From the NCBI RefSeq assembly GCF_006345805.1, contig NC_043005.1, positions 98,952,001 through 99,016,000 of the forward strand: a DNA stretch of 64,000 nucleotides, written 5' to 3'. The notes under the pieces are model-generated. The model was not told where the DNA came from. It saw nothing but the letters and a program-made list of their open reading frames with translations, and did no database searches. The DNA is from Octopus sinensis (lineage: Eukaryota). The translations under genes and the position numbers were made by a program. Positions 1 to 12,086 of the stretch are shown one piece after another; the stretch's first letter is position 1; every line of letters starts with the position of its first letter.

Positions 1-660
1 CTGCCTTCAAGAAATTCTGTATGCTAATGATTTTGCTCTTATAGCCAAATTGACTGAAGATTTAAAGCTGATATTCCAGGCATGGAAGGAAAATCTAGAA
101 TTAAAAGGCCTTAAAGTAAATTTAGTAAAAACAAAAGTTTTAGTAAAGACCTTTATAGTATCAGAGAAATAGTTGTGTTCTATATGCAGAAAAGACATTG
201 GTAGAATTTCCATTAGGTGTACCTGGTGGAATCGATGTACACCAAAAGGTAGTGTGATTATTAAATACAGGCTAACAGAGCAGGTAGATTTCAAATGCAG
301 GAGATGCACTGAGGCAGTAAGCCTAAGAATCCTCAGGAAATAGATTCTCTCATATGCCCAGATGGCTCACTAGAAGTGGTTGAGTGCAAGCGTGATAAAA
401 GTTGCTGTGATAACTACAATAAGAATGGAGAAAGATTAAGGAGCTATTTAGCTTTGCTGGCAACAAAGGACTTATCCCTCAAAATTAGATGCTTGTGTGT
501 GGAGTGTGTAACTGCATGGCTTGAAAAAAAAAAAGAAGCAAGCATGCTTTGTTGAATGTGTATGAATAAGAAGAGAGAGAAATTGGGTATAACAAATCAC
601 ATCACAGTTGACTGTGTGGTCCTTAATCAGATGAAATTATGGAACATCTGACTTGCATGC
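1..660 (+). mobile_element. Decayed RTE-type (RTE-X-like) LINE ORF2 fragment: RT C-terminal part with PHD-like Cys/His insert
   Basis: Frame from nt 2 reads CLQEILYANDFALIAK...WKENLELKGLKVNLVKTKVLV (YADD as YAND at 20-31), then CSICRKDIGRISIRCT...FKCRRC and DGSLEVV; stops and frameshifts present. Confidence 0.85.
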
Positions 661-872
661 AAACATTTAACCAGCTCTCTCCCAAACCACAGTTCCACTT
701 GGACTGTATTAACCAATGAGGTGAGGTTGATATTATCAATGACAACATGACAACTCACTCCTATTTGAACAGTTTACACAGGTTACTTTCTACATTTATT
801 ATTTAACAGAGAGAGAGAGAGAAAGAGAGAAGCAAAAAGAATATTTTTTATTTCCCCCCTTTTCTGACTGAC

Positions 873-917
873 CGTTCCATTGTAAAACCAGTGGACATTC
901 ACCTCAATACCCTTCTG
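873..917 (-). CDS. Candidate 45-nt symmetric host exon, QKGIEVNVHWFYNGT (Ig-fold C-strand-like VxWxxNG)
   Basis: CTCATTACAG acceptor (NAGNAG alternative gives 42 nt), ACG|GTCAGT donor, GACTAAC branch-like motif at 960-966; only phase 0 is open. Polypyrimidine tract is weak and there is an upstream AG. Confidence 0.3.
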
Positions 918-1754
918 CTGTAATGAGTTTTTCCTTTGGTTAAACAATGGAATTGAGACGTTAGTCATTAGAATTGGCATTTCAACATGGTAAAAGCAAA
1001 TGTTAGCATTCCTTTACTGGACAGAGAGAGGACTGGTTTGCACTTGTGCTAATTCTATTGGTTTCACAACTGTAAACCAAACTAACTTCACTGAAATAAT
1101 GAGATGCTGGAAAGCCAATGAAAATGCGATTAAATTCTTCATGCCACAATCAGACAATCACATGTTTAATGATCTGATAATTACATTTCAGTTTTCTGAA
1201 ATTGATTTTAGGTAAAAGAAAAAGAAAGTCGGGCGAAAGATTTCTGGATTCTTCATCAGTTTAATTCCAGTCAACATTGTAAATGGCACAAGTCCATCAG
1301 CTATCATTTTATCCAATCAGCATTTGTGCGTATTTATAAACACCTTAGTTGGATTCTCTCACACGCAATATTCATTTATTTTACACATTCAAGTGAGCAA
1401 CAAAGTTAGTTGAATAGTATACTGGGTCATGAACCAGAATAACAGTGATTAATTTCTTATCAACACTGCACTGTCTGCAACCAAGATACTTCCCTGCTTT
1501 TACTAGTCCAGTCTACACAATGATACGATTCACAAACAATGGAAAGTTGTACAATTTCTCCTGAGTGTAAATAGTGGATGTCTGCTATGAGGTGTCTATG
1601 TTGCATAAAGATGCTGTTTGTGTGCAAAACTTTATCAAATAGTGAAGTGGGGTATGATATACAATACTGCACAAAGCACCACAGAGTGACAAACTGAGTT
1701 CAATTTTTGGTTGGATCTGATTTATTTCAAATTACATTATTGATTCCATTCTAA

Positions 1755-1968
1755 GGTAGCAAGCTGGCAGAATCATTACCATTCTGGGCAAAATGCTTAG
1801 CAGCATTTTCTTTTGGCTTCATGTTCTGAGTTCAAATTCTTCCACGGTCAACTTTGCCTTTCACTCTTGTGTAAAATAAGTACCAAATGAGTACTGGGGG
1901 CATTGTAATTGACTTACCCACACCCACCAAATTTCAAGCCTTGTGTCTATAGTAGAAACGATTATTAA
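1755..1968 (+). mobile_element. SINE family B (GGCAGCAAGCTGGCAGAA head)
   Basis: Matches about 10 other copies in the window (ttctgagttcaaatt, aagtaccag, ggccttgtg motifs). Confidence 0.85.
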
Positions 1969-2377
1969 TTCCTTTCTGAAAGACATAACTGACAAAAATA
2001 CCATTTCACACCACCTTACTTCATAACCACTACTAATAATTGAAAAGACAAGTCCAAAATGTGGCTTTTTGAAGTTTTTCCCCATTCAATTTCATTCATA
2101 TTGCATGAAATAATATTGTTTTCTGTTTATAAAATTAATACCATTCAAACTATTTTGAGAAAGAATTAATTAAGCATGTGAAATATAATTTTTTTTATCA
2201 AAATGTCTTATAAAGTTTTGATTTGTGCAAATGTGTACAGGATATTACTATCCTGTTGCTAATGTGTTTGGGATGCTATTGTTCAATTGGTTAATTCTTC
2301 CAAAATTCTTTTTGAAGTGTAAAAAAGTTTTCAGCACTTTCAATTTGGTCTCTGAAGATGCTTTATCATTAACTACT

Positions 2378-2420
<43 letters not shown>

Positions 2421-3299
2421 CACTACCACCACCACCACCACCGCCACTGCTACTGCTGCTGCAGCATAAATGGAAAAATTTCAATTCATGTGGGAAAGCT
2501 ATTCCAAAGGTTTGCCCTTTACCAACTTTTATAACCATTCATAGTAGATAAAAATGGATGTAAACTAGTGAAGAAAGAAACTTAGTTGTGTTGTTTAACC
2601 TCAGGCCAACACTAAACAAAGGTATTCCAGTCATGATCATCTTGACTCAATTGTACCCCCAGCTACATTCTCCAATGTGTTCCTTTATTAATCCTTTCAC
2701 TATAAATAGCAGATAAGTCCACTCAAAATTTCATTACCCTTAACTGTGGAAAGCAGTTTTATATACCAGTCTATTTTGTTTATGTGAGGAATATCATGTT
2801 TGAAGCTATTTTTTGATGAAATATGCTAAGTTTATTGAAGAATGTGACTTGCAGAAAATACCAATTTTAACCATGCAATTAAATTTCTTAGTGAAAAGTT
2901 TGTACAGAAGGATATTATTTGATATAAATCAAACTGCTATTTCTAGTAGACTGGGCAGCTAAGTCGAGTCCTCTGTTAAATCATAAAACAGATTTTGTGA
3001 TTCTGTTACAGGTTTAAGTGTTAAATATATCAAGTCTTTCACTGAATTCCTGCCTCCTACTTTCAGATAAAAAAAAAACGATTTTATCGTATTTTTACAG
3101 CGAGTATTATTAACAGCTGTAATACCTTAAACATGTTATATTTATCATGTTATATCAGTACAGCAATAATTTAACAATCACATAAAATTGCTGAAAGTTA
3201 TTAAATCTGTAAAAATACACCTGAATAGAATATCACAATAAATCAACTGAAAAGGAACACGTTTTATAAAATAATCTTCCTAATACTCTAAGTTAAAAG

Positions 3300-3780
3300 C
3301 AAATTGGTTGAATAATAATATTATAAAAAGTCTCACACACATATACATATACATACAAACATATACTCTGAGACTTACATATGTAAACATACACACTTTT
3401 ATACCCATGTACCACATATTGCATGCACATACATACATACACATTGAGACTTACATATGCACACATACACAATTTCATACCTTGTAACACACACTGCATA
3501 CATGCACACACACACACACACACATACACACACACTTTCATATATACATAAACGCAGGCACACATTGACACCTACATAAACATACACATGTTCAAACATA
3601 CACATACACCTACTCACATGTGCACTTTCACACCGACGTACACAAAATTACACTTTCAACCTACACATAAGTAAATACCTGATACACAAATACATACAAA
3701 TATACATACATACACATACATACATAAATACACACATACGTACACACAAACATACATGCATACACTCACACTTCAAATTT
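3300..3780. repeat. Degenerate (CA)/(TACA) microsatellite field
   Basis: Direct inspection; source of the V/C/Y/M-rich ORFs. Confidence 0.95.
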
Positions 3781-4240
3781 ATTTATATAAGTAATTTTCC
3801 CAGATTTATTTATATTTGGTTTTATTACCTTTTGACTTTTGTTTCAGAATTTTCTATCGTTGAGTAATAAAATAAAAGATCATAAATTATGGCAAAATTT
3901 TAAATAATAAAATATATTTACATTCATACTAACATTCAAGTTAATAATACTATTAAATTGCTGTAAAATAATTATGAAAGATCTATAATATAATTTGATA
4001 AGTTGTTTATGATAGATTTTTATATATTCTCTTCAGAGGATAGAAACAAACAATCTGTTTTGTTTGGTTGAGGACATTGTATGCTGTATAGTGCTAAACG
4101 AGATGTATGTTAATGCGGCCTCTTTGAACAATTTATATTTTATCTTTTTATATCCTTTTTTAAATCTTTTTTTTCTTACTTCATCATCATCATCATCATC
4201 ATCATCACCGTTTAATGTCTGCCTTCCATGCTAACATGGG

Positions 4241-4705
4241 TATTTGTTTCAGTCATTGGACTGCAGCCATCCTGGGGTACTACCTTGAAGGGTTTAGACA
4301 AACAAATTGCTTTCAGCACTTAATTTTTTTTTTTTTAAGACTGGTACATATTTTATTGGATTCCTTTGATGAACTGCTAAGTTATAGAAATCTAAACAAA
4401 CCAATGTAGGTGTCGAGCAGTAGTGGGGGACAAACACACAGACACATGCTCACATGCACGTGTGCGCACACACATACACATGCACACACTCACATGCACA
4501 CACACATACACATGCACACACTCACATGCACACACACACACATACACACACAGTGGGCTTCTTTCAGTTTCTGTCTCCTGAATTCACTCACAAGGCTTTG
4601 GTCAGCCTAGGACTATAGAAGACATTTGCCTAAAGTGCCATGCAGTGGAACTGAACCCAGAACCATGAGGTAGAGAACTAAACTTCTTACCACACAGCCT
4701 GTACC
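4241..4705 (-). mobile_element. SINE family A (tRNA-like head, CCTTGGGCAAGT core, GTGAGTGGATTTGGTAGACGGAAACTG central domain, internal (CA)n)
   Basis: Reverse complement of the copy at 7821-8229. Confidence 0.85.
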
Positions 4706-4789
4706 TATACAACACACCTGTGCTTATACACCACACCTGTGCCTATACACCACACCTGTGCCTGTATTTGTTTCTCTTACCTTTCATTT

Positions 4790-4970
4790 ATTTCCATCAT
4801 TAGACTGCACTGATGCTGGGGTACTGTCCTGAACGATTTTTAGTTGAATGAATTGGTCCCAGAACTTAATTATTTAAGCATGGCACTTATTCTATGGGTC
4901 TCCTTTGCTAAACCACTGTTATGGGGATGTAAACACACCAACACCGATTGTCAAGTGGTGATGGGAGACA

Positions 4971-5017
<47 letters not shown>

Positions 5018-5162
5018 CCAACTTCCTTCAGTTTCTGTCAACCAAATCTACTCAAAAGGCTATTGTAGAACACACTTGCCCAAGGAGCCACGCAGTGAGA
5101 TTGAACCCAGAACCATGCAGTTGGGAAGAAAGCTTTTTACCACACAGCCACATCGTGCCTAT
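4790..5162 (-). mobile_element. SINE family A
   Basis: Same head, core and tail motifs as other copies. Confidence 0.85.
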
Positions 5163-5340
5163 GCACACAGTCAAAGTTTTGTTCTTTCTTATACCTTTTC
5201 TCTTTTCTTTTCTTTTCTCCGATGTATCACAAATGATCCTTTTCCTTTCCTATCAACCATCTCCTTATATAATAATGAGTGTAGTGGTTTTATATATTTG
5301 TGTGTGTGTGTGTTTATATATATATATAAAGTGTTTTTTT

Positions 5341-5480
5341 CTGTGTCCCTTTCTGTAGAAGAGCGTAGGCTCGAAACGTAAAAGACTTTTTCAATTCCTG
5401 AGTGTTATACTAATACATCTGTTTGTTTTCTACACCACCTGTCTTCGTCTTTTGTTTTATTCGTGAACTCTTCCTATATA
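5341..5480 (+). mobile_element. Penelope-like repeat end with hammerhead-like motif
   Basis: CTGTAGAA-GAGCgtagGCTC-GAAACGTA; downstream tail recurs at about 55450-55535. Confidence 0.6.
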
Positions 5481-5609
5481 AAGTGTAGCGTTGATTAAAA
5501 ATATCTTCTTTCCCCACAGACTAATAACAGGTAAGTTATATATATTTTGCCAAATAATGTTATTGTATTTTATAGTAGGTTTTCTAAATGCTGAGATGTA
5601 CTTGCATAG

Positions 5610-6015
5610 CAAGTGATTTGATCTGAGATTGTGTGCTGAAACGAAAACAATTGCAGTGTGGAAGATGTTTGTAAGCCATTTAAGAAACACACAAAAACCG
5701 TTCGATTCACTTCAACATTTAAGTTTAATTTGTCAAAATATTTTCGTCGCTTTAAGACAGCGACCTCTTCACTGACAGTGTATTCCATGCAATAAGGTTA
5801 TCCTGAAATAGGAGTTGTGGTTCTATTGGTAAAATCCCAAATTTGTTGTGACCGCGTCGGTATTGTTGGCGATTTTTTTCCCTCCGTCTTCCCTTCCTTG
5901 GATCTTTCCTTTCTCTATGCTTCTGATGAAGCGCTCCGCTTGAAACATTAAATCTTCCTTCTTTCTTTCCTTCCTGCTGTGTTTTCTCTTTGTGTTTTCA
6001 TGTTTGGATTAACTA
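5610..6015. mobile_element. Two further Penelope-like repeat ends in divergent orientation, each with a hammerhead-like motif
   Basis: Minus-strand fold at 5731-5777 and plus-strand CTGATGA...GAAAC at 5923-5946, ending in (TA)n. Confidence 0.55.
5731..5777 (-). ncRNA. Minimal type I hammerhead-like fold, G at core position 3
   Basis: TGTCA-GTGAAGA-G-GTCGC(9 nt)GCGAC-GAAAATATTT-TGACA: 5-bp stem I, 5-bp stem II, palindromic AATATT stem III. Confidence 0.5.
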
Positions 6016-6930
6016 TATATATATATGTATATATGTATGTATGTATATTTGTCCAAAATCACGGAGTAGGAGAAAGAGTAGTATAAGTAGTATAAGTGAA
6101 GGGAGAGAAGAAAAAATAGTAATTCAGTGAAGGAGAAGTAATGAGAGTAATAGCCCTGATTGAGAGAGAGTGAGAGAAAGTAATAGCAATGAGAGAAAGG
6201 AAGTGGCAAAAGTACGTCGTGTATCTTCTGTTTTTCTCCATCACAACATATGAATAAGAAAGGAAGGGGTGAAAAAAATCGACGGTTCAACTCTGTGTGA
6301 GTACATGTGTGTGTTTGTAAATTTTTGTGTGTGGGTGTGTGTGTGTGTGTGCACGCAATGGAAATGGGATGGTGAAGTTCAATGTTGAAAAGAGAAATCA
6401 AACAGCATTTCAACTCTGTGAGTATATGTGTGTATGTGAATGTTTGTATGTGTGATTATTATGTATCTTATTTCATACGTTATTTATATATAAAATACTA
6501 CAATTACCCATCATTTTTGATGGCACGGGGCCAGCTATAAAACTTATCTCACATTTAAAACTTAAAACTTTGTTAAAACTTATATCACATTGTCTTTTTT
6601 CTTGTTTTTGCTTATTCACCATACTTGTACATTTATTCCACTTATTGATGGTTTTCTCTCTAAGAAGGGAAGTGTTGAGCACTTTGTAGGACGTCCAAGA
6701 ATATCAGAGTGTTAGCATCTGTGGGAAAAGCTTATGCAAGGTGGAAATTCTAGAGAGGAGCAAAGTTTAGAAAGCTACATATGTAAGATGTGAATTTAGT
6801 TTATTTAGTCATAATTAATAAAAACAAAGAGGAAGAATGATGCCATTTTGTCTATCTATCAATCTATCCATCTGTCTGTCTGTCTGGCTGTCTGTCTCTC
6901 TATATATGTATGTGTGTATGTAAACACATA

Positions 6931-7442
6931 CCGTAAATCTTCGAGTATAATCTGCATTTTTTCCCCAAAATTTAAAGGTCAAAATCCCTAGTGCATATTA
7001 TATACGAGGTTAGAAATGATAATTATTTTCTAAGTAATGTCCGAGTCTCTATTTGCTGTCCGGCAATGTTTATTCAGATGCATTTTGTGATGTCAGGTGC
7101 GAAAATACCTTAAGCTAAGCCTGAAAGCAATGAAGTCATAAAATAATCATCCATAACTTGCAGTAAGCAACATTTATTAAATGTTATTACTGTTATTTCT
7201 TTATTTTCTGCAAACAAAATGCACAAAAAAGCTACATGTTTGCATTATGTTATATGTACAATAATAATAAAGGATGTTACCGTATACATTTTTACAAACC
7301 AAGGACATTATATAGACCTCCTTGACTCAAGTTAGAGAAGGGGTGCGTATTATACACAAGGTTTAGGTTTTTCAGAGGTACAGCCCGCAGAAAATCCCTT
7401 GTGTATTATACTCAAGGGCAGACTATACTTGAGGATTTACGG
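6931..7442. mobile_element. 512-bp Tc2/pogo-like MITE
   Basis: TIRs CCGTAAATC(T)TCGAGTATA / TATACTTGAGGATTTACGG, TA duplications; second copy at 33411-33922. Confidence 0.9.
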
Positions 7443-7820
7443 TACATACATGTTTGTTGTTGTGTTTACATTTGAATATGTAACTGTATATACATGTTGG
7501 TGTGGATCCACATAGATTTGAAATATTGGTAAACATTTATGAGGACTTGAACCTATCCAACACAGCCTGGCATGGAAAGTAGATATAAGATGATGATGAT
7601 GACGACGATGATGGTGGTGGTGGTGGTGGTGATGGTGATGATGATGAAAATTATGATGAAAACTACTATGAAGATGATGACAATGTTGGCAGCAAAGGGG
7701 ATCATAATGACATTGATGGTCATGTTGATGGCTACGATGGTTATGATAGCAGTGATGACATTTATGACAATGATGATAAGAGAGTCACATGAACGTAATA
7801 TTCAGTTACTACTATGATAT

Positions 7821-8229
7821 AGGCGCAGGAGTGGCTGTGTGGTAAGTAGCTTGTTTACCAACCACATGGTTCCGGGTTCAGTCCCACTGCGTGGCACCTT
7901 GGGCAAGTGTCTTCTACTAGAGCCTCGGGCCGACCAAAGCCTTGTGAGTGGATTTGGTAGACGGAAACTGAAAGAAGCCCGTCGTATATATGTATATATA
8001 TATGTATGTGTGTCTATGTTTGTGTGTCTGTGTTTGTCCCCCTAGCATTGCTTGACAGCCGATGCTGGTGTGTTAATGTCCCCGTAACCTAGCGGTTCGG
8101 CAAAAGAGACCGATAGAATAAGTACTGGGCTTACAAAAGAATAAGTCCCGGGGTCGAGTTGCTCGACTAAAGGCGGTGCTCCAGCATGGCCGCAGTCAAA
8201 TGACTGAAACAAGTAAAAGAGTAAAGAGT
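7821..8229 (+). mobile_element. SINE family A, near full length
   Basis: GGCGCAGGAGTGGCTGTGTGGTAAG head, GGTTCAGTCCC B-box-like motif, AAAGAGT tail. Confidence 0.92.
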
Positions 8230-8286
8230 ATATCAGGTTCATAATGGCGTTTTTTTTTTTTTTTTATTAATATGCTTACACTATTA

Positions 8287-9150
8287 TACAGGGTGCATAA
8301 CATATTTGAGGACATACCTCTTTTGGGTCATTGCTGCATTTTTTGCTAACACTGTATAATCTTTGTTTCAGAAAATAATAATGGCAGACACTCACCTTAC
8401 TCAAGAAATGAAGAGGCATGCTGTTATTGTGGTTATAAAGGCTGAGCATAGCGATTTAGAAATATCTCAGTTTTTAAAAGTTGCCAGATCTTTCATCTAC
8501 AAAGTTTGTAAGGAGCTAGAGACTGAAGATGGAAATGTATCACCAGTATCAAAGCATAAGAAGTATTCTAAACACTCTGATATCATCAGAACACCTGAAT
8601 TTATCCAGTAAGTTCAACAGAAAGTCCCGGAAAGTCAAACTGACTGCACAGTTTCATGGAATAAAAACCCTATTCTCGAAAGGCTCAGGAGTGGCTGTGT
8701 GGTTAGTAGCTTGCCTACCAGCCTCATGGTTCTGGGTTCAGTCCCACTGCACGGCACCTTGGGCAAGTGTCCTCTACTATAGCCTTGGGCTGACCAAAGC
8801 CTTGTGAGTGGATTTGGTAGATGGAAACTGAAAGAAGCCCGTCGTATATATATATGTGTGTGTGTATGTGTGTGTGTTTGTGTGTCTGTGTTTGTCCCTC
8901 CAACATCGCTTGACAACCGATACTGGTGTGTTTACGACCCTGTCACTTAGCGGTTCGGCAAGAAAGACTGATAGAATAAGTACTAGGCTTACAAACAATA
9001 AGTCCCGGGGGTGATTTGCTCAACTAAAAGTGGCGCTACAGCATGGCCGCAGTCAAATGACTGAAACAAATAAAAGAATATCAAACTGACTGCATTGTTT
9101 CAAGGAATATAACTGAAGTCTTGGTTGCGGATAACCAAGTTGACTTTATT
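8287..9150 (+). mobile_element. Internally deleted Tc1/mariner-superfamily (maT/rosa-like) element interrupted by a SINE
   Basis: TA-CAGGGTG left end; HTH-like N-terminus MADTHLTQEMKRHAVIV...RTPEF; C-terminal-like remnant near 9090-9150; right TIR not found. Confidence 0.65.
8684..9080 (+). mobile_element. SINE family A
   Basis: High similarity to 7821-8229. Confidence 0.92.
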
Positions 9151-9394
9151 GCTTAAGTTCTTGTCACAAGAAACAGCATTTAACCATTGAGAAAATATAT
9201 GTTAATTCACACTGAGTCAGCTAACTTACAAATTTGTGCTAATTTGTCAACTTAATTAAAGAACAATTAGGGATAGTACATCATTTGAATTAGCTTGCTT
9301 CATTTTTTCTAGCTGAAAGTAGGTGTTTTTGAAATCATTATTGTGGAGTCAAGAGAATGTAGGTTATTAGAGGTTCAAACCTTGCTACAAGTAC

Positions 9395-9797
9395 TATCTT
9401 TTATCCTTTACGTGTTTCAGTCATTTGACTGTGGCCATGCTGGAGCACTGCCTTAAAGGATTTTAGTTGAACAAATCGACCCTAGACTGTTTTTAAAGCC
9501 TGGTACTTATTCTATCAGTCTCTTTTGCCAAATTGCTAAGTTACAGGGATGTAAATACATCAGCATTAGTTATCACACACACACACACACACACACACTC
9601 CCACACACGCACACTCTCTCTCTCACACACACACACCAGGTTTCTTTCTGTTTCCATCTATTAAATCCACTCAAAAGGCTTTGGTTAGCCTGAGATTATA
9701 GTAGAAGACACTTACGCAAGGTGACATGCAGTGGGACTGAACTAGGAACCATGTGGTTGGGAAGCAAGCTTCTTACCACACAGCCATGCTTGCACCT
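9395..9797 (-). mobile_element. SINE family A
   Basis: Reverse-complement copy. Confidence 0.9.
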
Positions 9798-10009
9798 ATT
9801 GTTTCATGTTCCTCAGACAAAGCTGATGATTATTTTACTGGATTCTGTGTTTCACCTAAATGAAATACATCTTGAACAACTACTTCGCTGTTGATGATGT
9901 TTCACTCAAGCAGAAACTATCCAGCTATGACCATCCTGTCTTTTATTCAAACATAGTGTATGCTGGTGAGATGTACATGGGGAATGTTTGCCCTCCATCG
10001 TCAACAAGG

Positions 10010-10300
10010 TGAATTCATCTACGAAGCAATTGCCCCAGCTCCCCTTCAGGGTTGGTGAAAACGATGTGGTGGACAATGAAAAACCTGGCTGATGACAGTC
10101 AAGGCTGATCTGGAACCCAACCTAGGCCCCCATGTCTACAGTGTTTGGTGCTGGAATAAGGAGTGGTTGGAGATCACCAGGTCGTTAGCCTCAAATCACC
10201 AGGCCTGGTCGGCATTTGTAAGAGATGCAGCATTGAGGATGAATGAAGCCAGCTCAACCCACCCTGGGTGAATGCTGTCTCAAGACAAGACAAGATAGTG
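10010..10300 (+). mobile_element. RTE LINE 3' end
   Basis: Translates KADLEPNLGPHVYSV...WNKEWLEITRSLASNHQAWSAFVRDAA, typical of an RTE C-terminus, then a (CAAGA)n tail. Confidence 0.75.
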
Positions 10301-11561
10301 TTTGCTGGACTATATTTTCTAATGTGTCCTTTTCTAAAGGTGATAGTGTGTGGTTTAAGGAGGATTTTGCTGTTATTTCTTATAGTTGGAACAACTACGT
10401 AGAAAATCCTAAGCTGTTGAATAGGTGGCTGTAGGAGAAGGCATCCTTCCAGCTCTAATAATGCTTTTGCAATGATTTATCTCCATATATTCCTCCAAAT
10501 TTGCAGAAAAAATACAAAAACAAACAAGAATCTCTCTCTAGTGTCATCTCGGACATTTGGCTGTAAATTGAAAGGGAAATGATAAGGGTTGGTTTTTATG
10601 CATGTTTCTCTCTTTCTCCCTCTTTGTTGCTCTCTTCTTTTCAGTCCACACACACACACACACACACACATGTACATATATATGTGTATACACATAGGTA
10701 TATATAATAGGGTACAAATATATATGTACATGATTAGGTATGTAAGAGTGTGTGTGTGTGTGTGTGTGTGAAACAGAATCAACAATGTAAAATTGTCCAA
10801 AAATATTTTATTTTATTCTATTCTATTTAAACAATACCACAAAAGAAATTCTCAGATATTTTCACTTTGTCGTCTAAAAGCATTGAGCTGTTACTGATTA
10901 TCTCCCTTTTGTTTAAGTCTTTTGGTAATGTTTTCCAACAGGAACTTGCCAAGAATACAACTTGGCTTCAGAGCTCAAGCCCAGCTGAAAGTTTTCAACT
11001 TGATCCTTTGCCATCTATTAAGCGATGCGGTTTCTATCCAAAGAATTTAATATAAAGACTTGGTTTCTTGCCAATATATCTTTCTCTTACTAGCTGCAAC
11101 TCTTGAGAAGAATTCTTTAATAATTAGAAATGAAATTCAAGTGAGAATTTACCTTAGAGAAGAGTTTGGCTGTTTTCATTTGCATCAATTGAAAGTGTGG
11201 CCTTTCATTGTATGTACATGTGCATGTATGACCATATATATGTGTGTGTGTTCATCTATGTGCGACTATGCATATGTATGTGTATATTAATGGTTGTATG
11301 TGCACATAACTGTTTGAAAGAATGAGAACAGGAATTTATATATGTTTGGTCTTTAGATTTATTTCGCAAATTCCTCTCCAAAATAGTAAGAGCCAATGTC
11401 TAAAGCAAAAACAGAGCTGTTTAATTGGAATTTAGACATCATCAAGTAAGCAGTCGAGCATAGATATTTTCCTGTGGGTTTTATTTAAGTTTCTTTTCTT
11501 TCTTGGCTTTGCAGAATTCCAATCCAGTCACTAACAAATTGGCAAAGCAGTTTTGATTAAG

Positions 11562-11786
11562 TTAACCCTTTAAGATTTAAACTGACCCTATCTGGCCCTT
11601 ATATTTTAACTGCTTTATGTTCAAGTCAGCCAGATTTGGCCTCTCACACCTACCTACAATGCCATTCTAAAAATAAGTACATTACTGAAACCTTGTTGCT
11701 ATGAGGTAATATATAATTAGTCCAAAACAGTTTGAATAAATAAGTGTTACATTAGACAAGGTAATCTGAATACTTCAGAATTAAGG
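11562..11786. mobile_element. piggyBac-like MITE
   Basis: TTAA-CCCTTTA end; related to 15049-15276 and 59829-60030. Confidence 0.65.
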
Positions 11787-12086
11787 TAGCTCTTGGCATT
11801 TGTGAATACTGCAGTCCATGAATGCTTAGCTGGCTGAAACTTTGAAGTCACTGTCAACAACATTGTTGTATAAGAATAATGAATTTGTATTCTACAAAAG
11901 TAAACCCATCAGATTCATGTAAAATTGTTGTTTTTATTATATCTAAACATAAAAGCAAACATTAATATATATTCTTTATTCTTTCTTTTATTTCTTTTAC
12001 TTGATTCAGTCATTTGACTGTAGCCATGCTGGAGCACTGCCTTGACAGGTTTTAGTCAAACAAATCGACCCCAGGTCTTATTACTC

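Noticed and set aside
7821-7895. tRNA genes at SINE heads
   Set aside because: tRNA-derived heads are followed by SINE bodies; no complete cloverleaf
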